64,000 bases of DNA, taken from contig JAFQES010000030.1 of NCBI GenBank assembly GCA_017398945.1, forward strand, positions 28,586 to 92,585, read 5' to 3'. Source of the DNA: Bacilli bacterium. GTDB lineage: Bacteria > Bacillota_I > Bacilli_A > RF39 > UBA660. Below are positions 8,333-18,647 of the stretch, piece after piece. The stretch's first letter is position 1. Each line of letters begins with the position of its first letter. The translations under genes and the position numbers were made by a program. Below the pieces are notes generated by a model. The model saw only the letters and a list, made by a program, of their open reading frames with translations, did not search any database and was not told the origin of the DNA.

Positions 8333-9166
8333 TTATTTTTTATCAATAAATTTTTCATATGCTTTTTTTCTAGTCATATGATTTGTTAAATCAATAGATG
8401 AGATGCACTCGGCTATTGAATCTTGTAATATATTGCAAGTAACATTTCCTGTGTTATCCTTTAATGTTCCGTTAGAAAAAATACTAAAATAAGTAGTTCT
8501 AAAATCTTCAAAGTCATTAAAATCTATTTGGACATTTGCATCCTTTGTAATAATCATAATTCTGTCTTTTAAATTTTTATAATCTTCATCCGTAATACTA
8601 AAATAATCTTCGTTATCTTGAGCTTTAAAATTTATTGGATAATATCTAAATATTTTCCATCTTTTTATATTAAATCTTTTTATTAATTCCCATATGTATG
8701 GAATATCATTAATATTTTGTTTAGTTGCTACAGTATTTATTTTTAAATTGATTTTATTGTTGAAAAACAATATGTTATCAACATTTTTAGATAAGTGTTT
8801 TTCGCCTCTACCAACCATTTTATGATATTCTACACTTGTGGATTCTAAATCAAATGTTATCCAATCAAATAATCTTAAAATTGTTTCTCTATTATTTTTA
8901 TTAATCAATAATCCGTTAGTTGTTAAAGATAGCAATATACTTGGTTTTTGGGTTTTTATATATTCTGCTAACTCAAATAAATTTTTATATAATAATGGCT
9001 CACCACCAGCAAATGTTATTTTTTCAACACCATGTTCTATTAACTTATCTGCAATAGCTTTATTTTCTGCTAAACTTAAATCTTCTGCTAAAGTTCTATA
9101 GCAAAATTCACAAAGTTCATTACATTTTTCGGTAATGTTCCAACAAACTGAATAGATTCTATTCAT
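8333..9166 (-). CDS. Radical SAM protein (CxxxCxxC near the N-terminus), function unknown
   Basis: CNELCEFC at residues 16-23, ITFAGGEPLL SAM-binding motif, about 277 aa, no SPASM extension. Start moved to ATG after AGGTGA. Confidence 0.75.
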   Translation of the reverse strand: MNRIYSVCWNITEKCNELCEFCYRTLAEDLSLAENKAIADKLIEHGVEKITFAGGEPLLYKNLFELAEYIKTQKPSILLSLTTNGLLINKNNRETILRLFDWITFDLESTSVEYHKMVGRGEKHLSKNVDNILFFNNKINLKINTVATKQNINDIPYIWELIKRFNIKRWKIFRYYPINFKAQDNEDYFSITDEDYKNLKDRIMIITKDANVQIDFNDFEDFRTTYFSIFSNGTLKDNTGNVTCNILQDSIAECISSIDLTNHMTRKKAYEKFIDKK

Positions 9167-9231
9167 ATATATCACCTAAAATTGATTATTATATTATCAT
9201 TTTACTTGAGATTAGTCAAATATTATTTTAT

Positions 9232-9805
9232 AATGGCATTGTCATGGGAGGTAATTGGTATTATAGGATTAGTTACAGATATGGTTAAATTGGAACCGTA
9301 TACAAACGAATGGAAAAATGAATTTGAAAAAGAAAAAGAAGGATTATCAACTTTATTAAATGATTTTAAGGTTGATATACAACATGTTGGTAGTACATCC
9401 ATTGAGGGATGTTGCGCAAAACCGATTATTGATATTTTAATCGGAATAGAATCGTTAGACTTTAGTGAAAAATTAATTGCGTTGTTTCTAGAACATGGTT
9501 ATATTTATAAGTTTAATGTTCCAGGTGAAATATATTTTAAAAAACAATGTGATGGATTAACAACTCACCATATACATATCGCGCCTATTCAAGGACAAGT
9601 GTGGAAAAATCAAATTTTATTTCGAGACTATTTGAGATTACATCCAGAAAAGTTACAAGAATATATGGAACTTAAACAGGATTTAGCTATTCAATATCCA
9701 GATGAAAGAGATAGATATTCAAAAGAGAAAGAAGATTTTATTTTACAAATTTTATTTGATGCCGAGAATGAAGTTATAAGAAAAAGGCCAAAAAAGGAGA
9801 TTTGA
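9232..9805 (+). CDS. GrpB / UPF0157 family protein
   Basis: MVKLEPYTNEWKNEFEKEKEGL...HVGSTSIEG is GrpB-like. The start is uncertain and may be ATG 9280. Confidence 0.65.
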
Positions 9806-9808
9806 TTT

Positions 9809-10300
9809 ATGAATAATGATATTACATATGAACAAGATGGAATAGTATTCAATTATCGTGTTGCCATAGTAATTAGAAATGGAAAAAAAATACTTGTTCA
9901 AAAAGATGATAGGGCTCAACATTTAACATTGCCTGGTGGTAGATGCAGTCTTGGAGAAAGTTCTGTTGCAACTGCAATAAGAGAATTTAAAGAGGAAACA
10001 GGCATTGACACAAAATTTAAAAATGGTGTTGGAATTATTGAAAACTTTTTTACATCGAGTTTTACTGAAAAAAATTTTCATGAAATTCTTATGATTAATG
10101 AATTAGAATTTTTAGATGATGTTTTATATAAAAAAGAAATTATAAATAATATTGAAGAAAAAAAAGATAAATTTAAACATTTAAAATATGTTTGGATTAA
10201 TGTTGATGAATTAAAAAAATTAATATTTAACCCAATTCAAATTTTAGATATGCTAGATAAAAATGAATTTCAACATATAATTAATGATAAAAATGAATAA
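9809..10300 (+). CDS. NUDIX hydrolase
   Basis: Nudix box GGRCSLGESSVATAIREFKEETGI. Confidence 0.8.
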   Translation: MNNDITYEQDGIVFNYRVAIVIRNGKKILVQKDDRAQHLTLPGGRCSLGESSVATAIREFKEETGIDTKFKNGVGIIENFFTSSFTEKNFHEILMINELEFLDDVLYKKEIINNIEEKKDKFKHLKYVWINVDELKKLIFNPIQILDMLDKNEFQHIINDKNE

Positions 10301-10445
10301 AAATATTTATTTTTTGCTAATTTTATGACGATTACGTTTAACAAATTTATTATTTTAAAATTTTAAAAAATTATTATGAATTTATGATGAATTATTAAAA
10401 TATTTTAAAGTTTTGGTATGGCTTTATTTAGTTCTCTAATAAAAA

Positions 10446-10481
10446 AAGAAGCGATTTCTAATTAGAAGTCGCTTCTTCATT
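10446..10481. terminator. Bidirectional rho-independent terminator (murC and upstream NUDIX gene)
   Basis: agaagcgatttct aatta agaagtcgcttct hairpin flanked by A and T runs. Confidence 0.65.
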
Positions 10482-11825
10482 TTTATTAATTAATTTTAAA
10501 CATACATCGTTGATAGGTCCTGCTCCAATAGAGATAACAATATCATCTTTTTGGATATTTTTATCTAAGTAATCAACAATATTATCAAATTCATCTATGT
10601 AGATAACATTATTGTTTTCCTTTTTGATTAAGTTAACTAAATCTTCTTCTTTTACGTTATAAATATTTTGTTCTCTGGCAGCATATATTTTTGCAATTAT
10701 GATATGATCAAAATTTTTAAGGATGTTAGCAAACTCATTTAAATGATCTTTAGTTCTACTATAAGTATGAGGTTGAAAAACTGCCCATGATTCATGATGG
10801 CTAGTTTTTCTAACGCTATCTAATGTTGTAGCAATTTCAGTTGGGTGATGGGCATAATCATCATAAACCTTTATATTATCTTTAATTGTAGCTAGAAGTT
10901 CAAATCTTCTTTCAACTCCAGTATATTTTTCTAATCCTTTTAAAATGCTTTCTACTGGAATTTTGTAGTAGTCGCAAATAGCAAAACAAGCAAGAGCATT
11001 ATAAACGTTGTGCATTCCTTTAACGTTTAGTTTAACTAAATGTTCTTTTATTTTAAATGAAGCACATCCATTTTCATCAAAAGTAATGTCAGTTGCTTGA
11101 TAATCACTTTCGTTTTCAATGCCAAAAGAAATATTTGTGCCTTTGTTATAGTTAAACAATTCTTGACATGATATATCATCGTTGTTGGTAACTAAGACAT
11201 CTTTAGGATTTAATTTTTCAACATATTTTTTAAATGATGCTTTGATGTTATCAAATGTTTTAAAATAATCTAAATGATCAGCATCAATATTTAAGATAAC
11301 TTCAGCGTTAGGGAAGAAACTTAAAAATTGATCTTTAAATTCGCAAGCTTCTAAAACAAAATAATCACTTTTACCAGTACGATAATTGCTACCCGTAGCT
11401 TTTAATACTGCACCTAGTTGGATTGTTGGATCCATATTTGCTTCCAATAAACATAATGCAATCATTGAAGAAGTAGTTGATTTCCCATGAGTTCCACTAA
11501 CTCCGATAGCTTTGTTAAAAGATTTAGTCATATCGCCAATAAAATCAGCTCTTTCCATTAAAGTAATATTTTTTTCTTTAGCAGCAACAAGTTCTGGATT
11601 ATCATCAGATACCGCTTTGGAATAAATAACTAAGTCTTGATTAGTTATATTTTCGTAATTGTGTCCAATAGTTATTTTAATACCAGCTTTTTCTAATTTT
11701 TCGACATTATGGTTATGTGCAGCGTCAGAGCCTGATACTTTTATACCTGATTCAAACAAATACATAGCAATTCCACTCATGCTAGAACCGCCGATACCTA
11801 TTAAATGAACGTAGTTATAATTCAT
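10458..11825 (-). CDS. murC: UDP-N-acetylmuramate--L-alanine ligase
   Basis: IGIGGSSMSGIA and GTHGKSTTSSM Mur-ligase motifs. ATG start after AAAGGTGA. Confidence 0.9.
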   Translation of the reverse strand: MNYNYVHLIGIGGSSMSGIAMYLFESGIKVSGSDAAHNHNVEKLEKAGIKITIGHNYENITNQDLVIYSKAVSDDNPELVAAKEKNITLMERADFIGDMTKSFNKAIGVSGTHGKSTTSSMIALCLLEANMDPTIQLGAVLKATGSNYRTGKSDYFVLEACEFKDQFLSFFPNAEVILNIDADHLDYFKTFDNIKASFKKYVEKLNPKDVLVTNNDDISCQELFNYNKGTNISFGIENESDYQATDITFDENGCASFKIKEHLVKLNVKGMHNVYNALACFAICDYYKIPVESILKGLEKYTGVERRFELLATIKDNIKVYDDYAHHPTEIATTLDSVRKTSHHESWAVFQPHTYSRTKDHLNEFANILKNFDHIIIAKIYAAREQNIYNVKEEDLVNLIKKENNNVIYIDEFDNIVDYLDKNIQKDDIVISIGAGPINDVCLKLINKNEEATSN

Positions 11826-12110
11826 TTTAATCACCTTTTTCTTATACTATATTATATAATTTATTAGGAAAAAAATCTACTTTTATAAACAATTTTTAAA
11901 AGTGTAAATTAAGGTGTCTATCATAAGTGTCTAGCGAACAAATAAAGTTTTAGAAATATATTTTGGCTTAAATACTAGGCTAAATGTTTTTTTGGAGAAA
12001 AAAATAAATTGCTTTTCTAAAAATGGATTGTAAAATTTAATTTTTTTTCAAAAAAAACATTGAGTTATTAAATTCTCTTTGATATGATTTGTTTAGTAGA
12101 GGGTAGAGTT

Positions 12111-14003
12111 ATGAAAAGCAAAGTGTTTGAAGAGTTAGTTGTTGTTAAAAGAAGTGGACAAAGAGTCAATTTTAATGGAACTAAAATAGCTATTGCTATT
12201 AAGAGTGCTTTTGATGACGTCTATGAAAGTCTTGATGAAAATAATGTTAATAAAATATATGAAAATGTTTTAAATAATATATATGATAATTACCAAGATA
12301 GAAAAACAATTAATGTGGAAGATATCCAAGATATTATAGAATACGAATTAAAAAAAGATAATGTTGATGTATATGAAAGATTTAAAGATTATCGAACCAG
12401 AAGAGCAGCATCTAGAGAAGCATTTAATATAAAACAAACTCATAAATTTGTTAAAGCTGTTGAAACTATAGGACTTACCGCTAAAAATAAGTTGAATGAT
12501 AAACCTTTAGAACTTATAAATCGTTTTGGTAAAATTATTTCTAAAGAATTTGCAGTAGCATATTTATTAGATAATAAAAGTTTAAGAGCCCATGATGAAG
12601 GAGCAATTTATCTTAATAATCTAGATTGTTATTCTCTGGGGAATATTGCTGGATGTAATATAAGCTTAGATAGTATAAAAGATTATACATTACAAGACTT
12701 TTTCTTAGCTTTAACGAATTTAACTATAGCGAGCGCTAAAGATGTTTATAAAGAAGTAGTTGTTAGTAATTTTGATACAACATTAAAAAATCCTCTTATT
12801 AAGGAATTTAAGAAAATATTTCAAAAAAATATAAATATCTATTTAGATTCATTGATGTTAAAAGGTTATTTGAATAATGAGTTATTAACAAATTATATTG
12901 ATAGTCTGATGGAAATAGAATTTGTCTATAATGAAGAATTAATAAAAAATGATCAAGTAAAGGAAATATTTCAAAAAGCATTTGATACATCGTTAAAAGA
13001 TTTAGAAAAATTATTAGAAAATGATTTTAAAATATTGTTTAATTCATTAAATAATTTAATTGATAATAATGTCAAAATAACGATAACATTAGATAATTCG
13101 AAATCATTAATAAATGAATTTATAATGAAAATTTATCTGAGTTTAGACATACCGAAAAAAATAGTTACTAACATTTATTTAAAAAATAATCCAAATTTGA
13201 ACAAAGTAATTGCTGAAGCTATTTTTAAAGGTAAAAAAATTCATATAATTAATGAAGATGATAATAATTGTAATTATTTCTCAACTGGTGAACGAGTTTA
13301 TGAGAACATTAATGATAAAAGTATTTCGGTAGGAAGAACGATAAACTCGCAAAATACAATAAATTTATGTCGATGTGCTTTAAAAACTAAAAGTGAAAAG
13401 GAATTTTTTGAACTACTTAATGATATGGTTGACATATGTAAAAATGCTTTACAACAAAGATATGAACTTCAAGCAAATAAATATAAAAATACTTATAATA
13501 TAATTTTTAATCCTAATATTTTATTTGGATCTGAAAAGATTGAAGATAAGCAAAAGGTAAGAAAAGTAATACGTAATGGTAATTTATATATTGGATTTGT
13601 TGGTCTTATTGAAGCAGTCTTAATTTTAAATAAGCGAGAAGTGTTTGGAGAAGAAGATCAAAGATTGCTATTTAAAATATTAGATTTTATTAATGATAAA
13701 TGTCAAAGCTATACGGAGTCGGAAAGATTAAATTTTAAATTATGTGAAATATATGATAAGAATATTTTGCAAGAACTAATTAAAATTGATAAAAGTGTTT
13801 ATGGGATAACTAAATTATTAGATAAATCTAAATATGATGATATTAATGATTATATCAATGATTTAAAAGTATTGGCTAAATATCAAGATAAAACATCTTG
13901 TTTAATAAAAATAAAATTATTAAAGAAAAATATAAAACAAATTGAAAATACTTTAGAAGATATTTTAAAACTTAATATAAAGTATGCTAAAGTTGAGGTT
14001 TAA
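12111..14003 (+). CDS. ATP-cone domain protein with a degenerate NrdD-like body (no glycyl-radical motif), a paralog of class III RNR
   Basis: N-terminal ATP-cone (VVVKRSGQRVNFNGTKIAIAIKSAF). LRAHDEGAIYLNNLDCYSLGNIAGCN parallels NrdD AKAHRDADIHIHDLSMLTGYCAGWS. Low-complexity C-terminus lacking RxxGY. AGAGGG RBS before ATG 12111. Confidence 0.55.
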   Translation: MKSKVFEELVVVKRSGQRVNFNGTKIAIAIKSAFDDVYESLDENNVNKIYENVLNNIYDNYQDRKTINVEDIQDIIEYELKKDNVDVYERFKDYRTRRAASREAFNIKQTHKFVKAVETIGLTAKNKLNDKPLELINRFGKIISKEFAVAYLLDNKSLRAHDEGAIYLNNLDCYSLGNIAGCNISLDSIKDYTLQDFFLALTNLTIASAKDVYKEVVVSNFDTTLKNPLIKEFKKIFQKNINIYLDSLMLKGYLNNELLTNYIDSLMEIEFVYNEELIKNDQVKEIFQKAFDTSLKDLEKLLENDFKILFNSLNNLIDNNVKITITLDNSKSLINEFIMKIYLSLDIPKKIVTNIYLKNNPNLNKVIAEAIFKGKKIHIINEDDNNCNYFSTGERVYENINDKSISVGRTINSQNTINLCRCALKTKSEKEFFELLNDMVDICKNALQQRYELQANKYKNTYNIIFNPNILFGSEKIEDKQKVRKVIRNGNLYIGFVGLIEAVLILNKREVFGEEDQRLLFKILDFINDKCQSYTESERLNFKLCEIYDKNILQELIKIDKSVYGITKLLDKSKYDDINDYINDLKVLAKYQDKTSCLIKIKLLKKNIKQIENTLEDILKLNIKYAKVEV

Positions 14004-14740
14004 TGATGACAATAGATGGTTTTAATAAATTGACTTTACTTGATTATCCAGAACATACAGCTTGTATTATTTTTACAAGAGGATGTAATTTTAATTGTAA
14101 CTTTTGCCAAAATAGTTCATTAATAAAAGTGGATAAAAATAAAGGATTAATAGATGAACAAGAAGTTTTAGATTATTTAGAAAAAAGAAAAAATATTTTA
14201 GATGGTATTGTAATCAGTGGAGGAGAACCAACTATTCAAAAAGACTTAATTGAGTTTATTAAAAAGGTTAAAGAAATTGGTCTTAAAGTTAAATTAGATA
14301 CTAATGGTTATAATCCAAAGATTTTAGACTATTTAATTCAAAATAAATTAGTTGATTATATTGCCATGGACATTAAACATACTTATGCTAATTATTTAAA
14401 GATTATTAAGAAAAATATTATCTTAGATAAGATAAAACAAAGTATTGAGTTAATTAAAGAAAGTGGAATTGATCACGAATTTAGAACAACAATTATGAAA
14501 GAGTGTCATAAGTTAGATGATATCGTGGAAATAATTGAGTTGCTTGGAAAAAAAGAAAAATATTATTTGCAAAACTTTGTGGATAGTGATAATGTCAATT
14601 GTCCTGGGTTACATGGTTTTACAGATGAAGAATTAATTGGTTTAGAAAATACTTTAAGAAAGTATTCTAAAAATATAAAAATAAGAGGAATTATTAATGA
14701 TAATTACTTAGTTAAGGAAAGGAATGAAGTATATGTATAA
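14003..14740 (+). CDS. nrdG: Anaerobic ribonucleoside-triphosphate reductase activating protein (radical SAM)
   Basis: CNFNCNFCQN cluster and GGEPT motif. Lies immediately upstream of nrdD. Confidence 0.85.
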   Translation: MMTIDGFNKLTLLDYPEHTACIIFTRGCNFNCNFCQNSSLIKVDKNKGLIDEQEVLDYLEKRKNILDGIVISGGEPTIQKDLIEFIKKVKEIGLKVKLDTNGYNPKILDYLIQNKLVDYIAMDIKHTYANYLKIIKKNIILDKIKQSIELIKESGIDHEFRTTIMKECHKLDDIVEIIELLGKKEKYYLQNFVDSDNVNCPGLHGFTDEELIGLENTLRKYSKNIKIRGIINDNYLVKERNEVYV

Positions 14741-17078
14741 GGTAAAAAAAAGAGAAGGAAAGACTGTTGTTTTTGATATAGAGAAAATCAAAAAAGCTAT
14801 AGTTCAAGCTTTTGAAGCAGAAAAGAAAAAATATAATGATGATATTATTGATTTAATTGCTTTAAAAGTTACTGCTGATTTTGAACCAAAAATTAAAAAC
14901 AATGTTGTAAAAGTTGAAGATATTCAAGATAGTGTTGAAAAAGTATTATCTGATGCTGGATATGGTGACGTAGCCAAAGCTTACATTTTATATCGTAAAT
15001 TACATGAAAAAATGCGTAATGTAAAATCAACAGTACTAGATTATTCTGAAGTTGTTAATAGTTATATTAATGTTACTGACTGGCGTGTTAAAGAAAACTC
15101 TACAGTAACATATTCAGTAGGAGGATTAATTTTATCAAACTCTGGTGCTATTACAGCTCATTATTGGTTAAGTGAAGTTTATGATGAAGAAATAGCTAAA
15201 GCGCATCGTGATGCTGATATTCATATTCATGATTTATCAATGTTAACAGGATATTGTGCAGGATGGAGTTTAAAACAATTAATTCAAGAAGGACTAGGAG
15301 GAGTTCCTGGTAAAATTACTTCTGCTCCAGCTAAACACTTAGCAACATTATGTAATCAAATGGTAAACTTCTTAGGTATTATGCAAAATGAATGGGCAGG
15401 GGCACAAGCTTTCTCATCATTTGATACTTATTTAGCACCATTTGTAAAAGCAGATAACTTGGACTACAAAGAAACTAAACAATGTTTACAATCATTTATT
15501 TATGGAGTTAATACACCTTCTAGATGGGGAACTCAAGCACCATTTACTAACATTACATTAGACTGGGTTGTACCAAATGATTTAGCAGAGTTAAATGCCA
15601 TTGTTGGTGGCAAAGAAATGGATTTCAAATATAAAGATTGTCAAAAAGAAATGGATATGATTAATAAAGCCTTTATTGAAATTATGATTGAAGGAGATGC
15701 TAATGGTAGAGGATTCCAATATCCAATTCCAACATATTCAATAACTCGTGACTTTGATTGGTCAGATACAGAAAATAATCGTTTATTATTTGAAATGACT
15801 GCTAAATATGGAACACCATATTTCTCAAACTATATTAATAGTGATATGGAACCTTCTGATGTTAGAAGTATGTGCTGCCGTCTACGTCTGGATTTAAGAG
15901 AATTAAGAAAGAAATCAGGAGGATTCTTTGGTAGTGGAGAATCAACTGGATCAGTTGGGGTTGTAACAATTAACTTACCGAAAATTGCTTATCAAGCTAC
16001 TGATGAAAAAGATTTCTATGCTCGTTTAGATAAGTTAATGGATATTGCTGCTCGTAGTTTAAAAATTAAAAGAAATGTTATTACTAAATTATTAAACGAA
16101 GGGTTATATCCATATACTAAGAGATACTTAGGAACATTTAATAATCACTTTTCAACAATTGGTTTAATTGGTATGAATGAAGTTGGATTAAATGCTAATT
16201 GGATAAAAGCTGATTTAACAAATGAAAAAACTCAAAAATTTGCAGTAGAAGTTTTAAATCATATGAGAGAAAGATTATCTGATTATCAAGAAGAATATGG
16301 TGATTTATATAACTTAGAAGCAACTCCAGCAGAATCAACAACATATCGTTTTGCAAAACATGATAAAGCAAAATTCCCAGATATTATAAGTGCAGCTAAA
16401 GAAGGGGAAACTCCATATTATACAAATAGTTCACATTTACCAGTAGGTTATACTGATGATATCTTTACAGCTTTAGATATTCAAGATGAATTACAAACAC
16501 TATATACATCTGGTACAGTATTCCATGCTTTCTTGGGAGAAAGATTAAATGATTGGAAAAGTGCTGCTAATTTAGTGAGAAAAATTGCTGAAAACTATAA
16601 ATTACCTTATTATACTTTAAGTCCGACTTATACAATTTGTAAGGAACATGGCTATTTCAATGGTGAACATTTTGAATGCCCTGAATGTGGTGGTAAGACT
16701 GAAGTTTATTCAAGAATTACGGGATATTATCGTCCTGTTCAAAACTGGAATGATGGAAAACGTCAAGAATATGATAATAGAAAATTATATGATCCGTCTT
16801 GTGCTGGGGATGGCGTAAATCCTAAATTAAAAGGTAAGGATGTATTAGGAGATAAAGTTATGTTATTTGGAACAAAAACATGTCCTAATTGTAAAGTTGC
16901 AAAAGGTTTATTAGAAAAAGCTAATATTGAATTTATTTTTGTTGATGCTGAAGAAGATGTTGAATTAACAAAGTCATTAAATGTAAAACAAGCTCCAACA
17001 TTGGTAGTTATTAAAAATAATGAACAACAAAATATTGTAAATTTATCAAATATTAAAAAATGGGTAAGTGAACAATGA
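14724..17078 (+). CDS. nrdD: Anaerobic ribonucleoside-triphosphate reductase (class III) with a C-terminal glutaredoxin-like domain
   Basis: ATP-cone N-terminus, CPECGG zinc ribbon and glycyl-radical RITGYYRP. C-terminal KTCPNCKVAK thioredoxin-fold CxxC domain. Confidence 0.9.
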   Translation: MKYMYKVKKREGKTVVFDIEKIKKAIVQAFEAEKKKYNDDIIDLIALKVTADFEPKIKNNVVKVEDIQDSVEKVLSDAGYGDVAKAYILYRKLHEKMRNVKSTVLDYSEVVNSYINVTDWRVKENSTVTYSVGGLILSNSGAITAHYWLSEVYDEEIAKAHRDADIHIHDLSMLTGYCAGWSLKQLIQEGLGGVPGKITSAPAKHLATLCNQMVNFLGIMQNEWAGAQAFSSFDTYLAPFVKADNLDYKETKQCLQSFIYGVNTPSRWGTQAPFTNITLDWVVPNDLAELNAIVGGKEMDFKYKDCQKEMDMINKAFIEIMIEGDANGRGFQYPIPTYSITRDFDWSDTENNRLLFEMTAKYGTPYFSNYINSDMEPSDVRSMCCRLRLDLRELRKKSGGFFGSGESTGSVGVVTINLPKIAYQATDEKDFYARLDKLMDIAARSLKIKRNVITKLLNEGLYPYTKRYLGTFNNHFSTIGLIGMNEVGLNANWIKADLTNEKTQKFAVEVLNHMRERLSDYQEEYGDLYNLEATPAESTTYRFAKHDKAKFPDIISAAKEGETPYYTNSSHLPVGYTDDIFTALDIQDELQTLYTSGTVFHAFLGERLNDWKSAANLVRKIAENYKLPYYTLSPTYTICKEHGYFNGEHFECPECGGKTEVYSRITGYYRPVQNWNDGKRQEYDNRKLYDPSCAGDGVNPKLKGKDVLGDKVMLFGTKTCPNCKVAKGLLEKANIEFIFVDAEEDVELTKSLNVKQAPTLVVIKNNEQQNIVNLSNIKKWVSEQ

Positions 17079-17956
17079 TTTATGATGCAATAATAATTGG
17101 AGCCGGTCCTGCGGGACTTACAGCTGCTATATATTTGTTGCGAGCTAATAAAAAAGTTTTAGTATTAGAAAAAGAGACTATAGGAGGACAAATTTCGTCC
17201 TCTCCTTTAGTTGAAAATTATCCGGGGTATTTAAGTATAAGTGGTAGTGAACTTACTGGGAATATGTTCGATCAAGTATTAAATCTTGGGGGAGAAGTGG
17301 AAATTGAAGAAGTTATTAAAATAATTGAAAATGAAGTTATAACTGAGGATAATACTTATAAAACTAAAACGATTATAGTAGCAACAGGATGTAAGCCAAG
17401 GGTTTTAGGAATAGACAATGAAGAAAATTTAATTGGAAATGGAATACATTTTTGCGTAGCATGTGATGGAGCTTTTTATAAAGATAAAAAAGTTGCAGTA
17501 ATTGGTGGAGGAAATAGCGCCGTAATTAATGCCATTTCTTTAAGCGATTATTGTACAGAAGTTATTTTGATTCAAAATTTAGATCATCTAACAGCGGAAC
17601 AAAATTTAATTGATACTTTAAATAAAAAAAATAATGTAAAAATTATTTTAAATGGTAAAGTAGTAAGTTATATAGGTGAAGATGCTCTTGAAGGATTTAT
17701 TTTAAAAAACAATGAAGAAATTATAGTAGATGGTTTATTCTTATCGATTGGACAGGTACCTAATTCGGACTTTATAAAAGAATTTTTAGATATAAAAAAT
17801 AATTATATTGATTCTGATGATTGTTTAACTAAGTATCCAAATGTTTTTGTGGCTGGAGATGTTAGAACAAAAGAGATAAGACAACTAACTACTGCAACGA
17901 GTGATGGAACAACTTGTGCGATTAAAGCAATTGATTATTTAAACAATTTTTCTTAA
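17075..17956 (+). CDS. trxB: Thioredoxin-disulfide reductase-like flavoprotein
   Basis: GAGPAGLTAAIY FAD motif, redox-active CVACDG and GGGNSA NADPH motif. Its start overlaps the nrdD stop (ATGA). Confidence 0.85.
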   Translation: MIYDAIIIGAGPAGLTAAIYLLRANKKVLVLEKETIGGQISSSPLVENYPGYLSISGSELTGNMFDQVLNLGGEVEIEEVIKIIENEVITEDNTYKTKTIIVATGCKPRVLGIDNEENLIGNGIHFCVACDGAFYKDKKVAVIGGGNSAVINAISLSDYCTEVILIQNLDHLTAEQNLIDTLNKKNNVKIILNGKVVSYIGEDALEGFILKNNEEIIVDGLFLSIGQVPNSDFIKEFLDIKNNYIDSDDCLTKYPNVFVAGDVRTKEIRQLTTATSDGTTCAIKAIDYLNNFS

Positions 17957-18006
17957 GAAAAATTATTAAATAAGCAAATGTTTGTCTTGTTATAAGAGGT
18001 ATGTGT

Positions 18007-18558
18007 ATGATAAATAATAATGGTACAAAACTTGTAAACACTGAAAGAACAATATTAAGAAAATTTAAAACAAAAGATGCTTTAAGTTTTTTTGAAAATG
18101 TTGGGGGAGATGCTGAAGTATCGAAATATGTTGTATGGAATAGACATGAAAATGTTGAAGTAACAAAAAGAGCAATAAACAAGTGGATTGAAAATTATGA
18201 AAAAGATAATGTATATTATTGGGCTGTAGAATTAAAAGAAACAAATGAAATTATAGGATCTATTAGTTGTGTAAATGTAGATTTAAAAAATGCTACTTGT
18301 GAATTAGGATATGTATATGGTTCAAAATTTTGGAATAAAGGCTATGCAACAGAAGTTTTAAAAGCAGTTATAAATTATTTAATGAAAGAAGAGGGATTTT
18401 ATACTATCTATGCACAACATTTAAGTCTTAATCCTGCATCTGGACGAGTACTGGAAAAATCTGGCATGGTATATGAAGGAAGACTAAAAAATAGAATAAT
18501 AGATAAAAATACTGGCATATATGATGATCTATTGTCATATTCTATTTGTGCAAAATAA
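18007..18558 (+). CDS. GNAT family N-acetyltransferase (RimJ/RimL-like)
   Basis: GNAT motifs (IGSISCVNVD, WNKGYATEVLKAV). Confidence 0.75.
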   Translation: MINNNGTKLVNTERTILRKFKTKDALSFFENVGGDAEVSKYVVWNRHENVEVTKRAINKWIENYEKDNVYYWAVELKETNEIIGSISCVNVDLKNATCELGYVYGSKFWNKGYATEVLKAVINYLMKEEGFYTIYAQHLSLNPASGRVLEKSGMVYEGRLKNRIIDKNTGIYDDLLSYSICAK

Positions 18559-18647
18559 AGGCGTCTTTTATTAAAAAAATGTGGAATTTAATATAAGTTT
18601 CTACATTTTTTTATTTGCAAGAAAAAAGCAACTATTTTAGTAGTTGC

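Noticed and set aside
8333-9166. Radical SAM gene as anaerobic sulfatase-maturating enzyme partnered with a sulfatase
   Set aside because: The neighbouring AP-superfamily protein has the NPP Thr-nucleophile signature, not the sulfatase C/S-x-P-x-R motif. The radical SAM protein lacks the SPASM C-terminal cysteine clusters.
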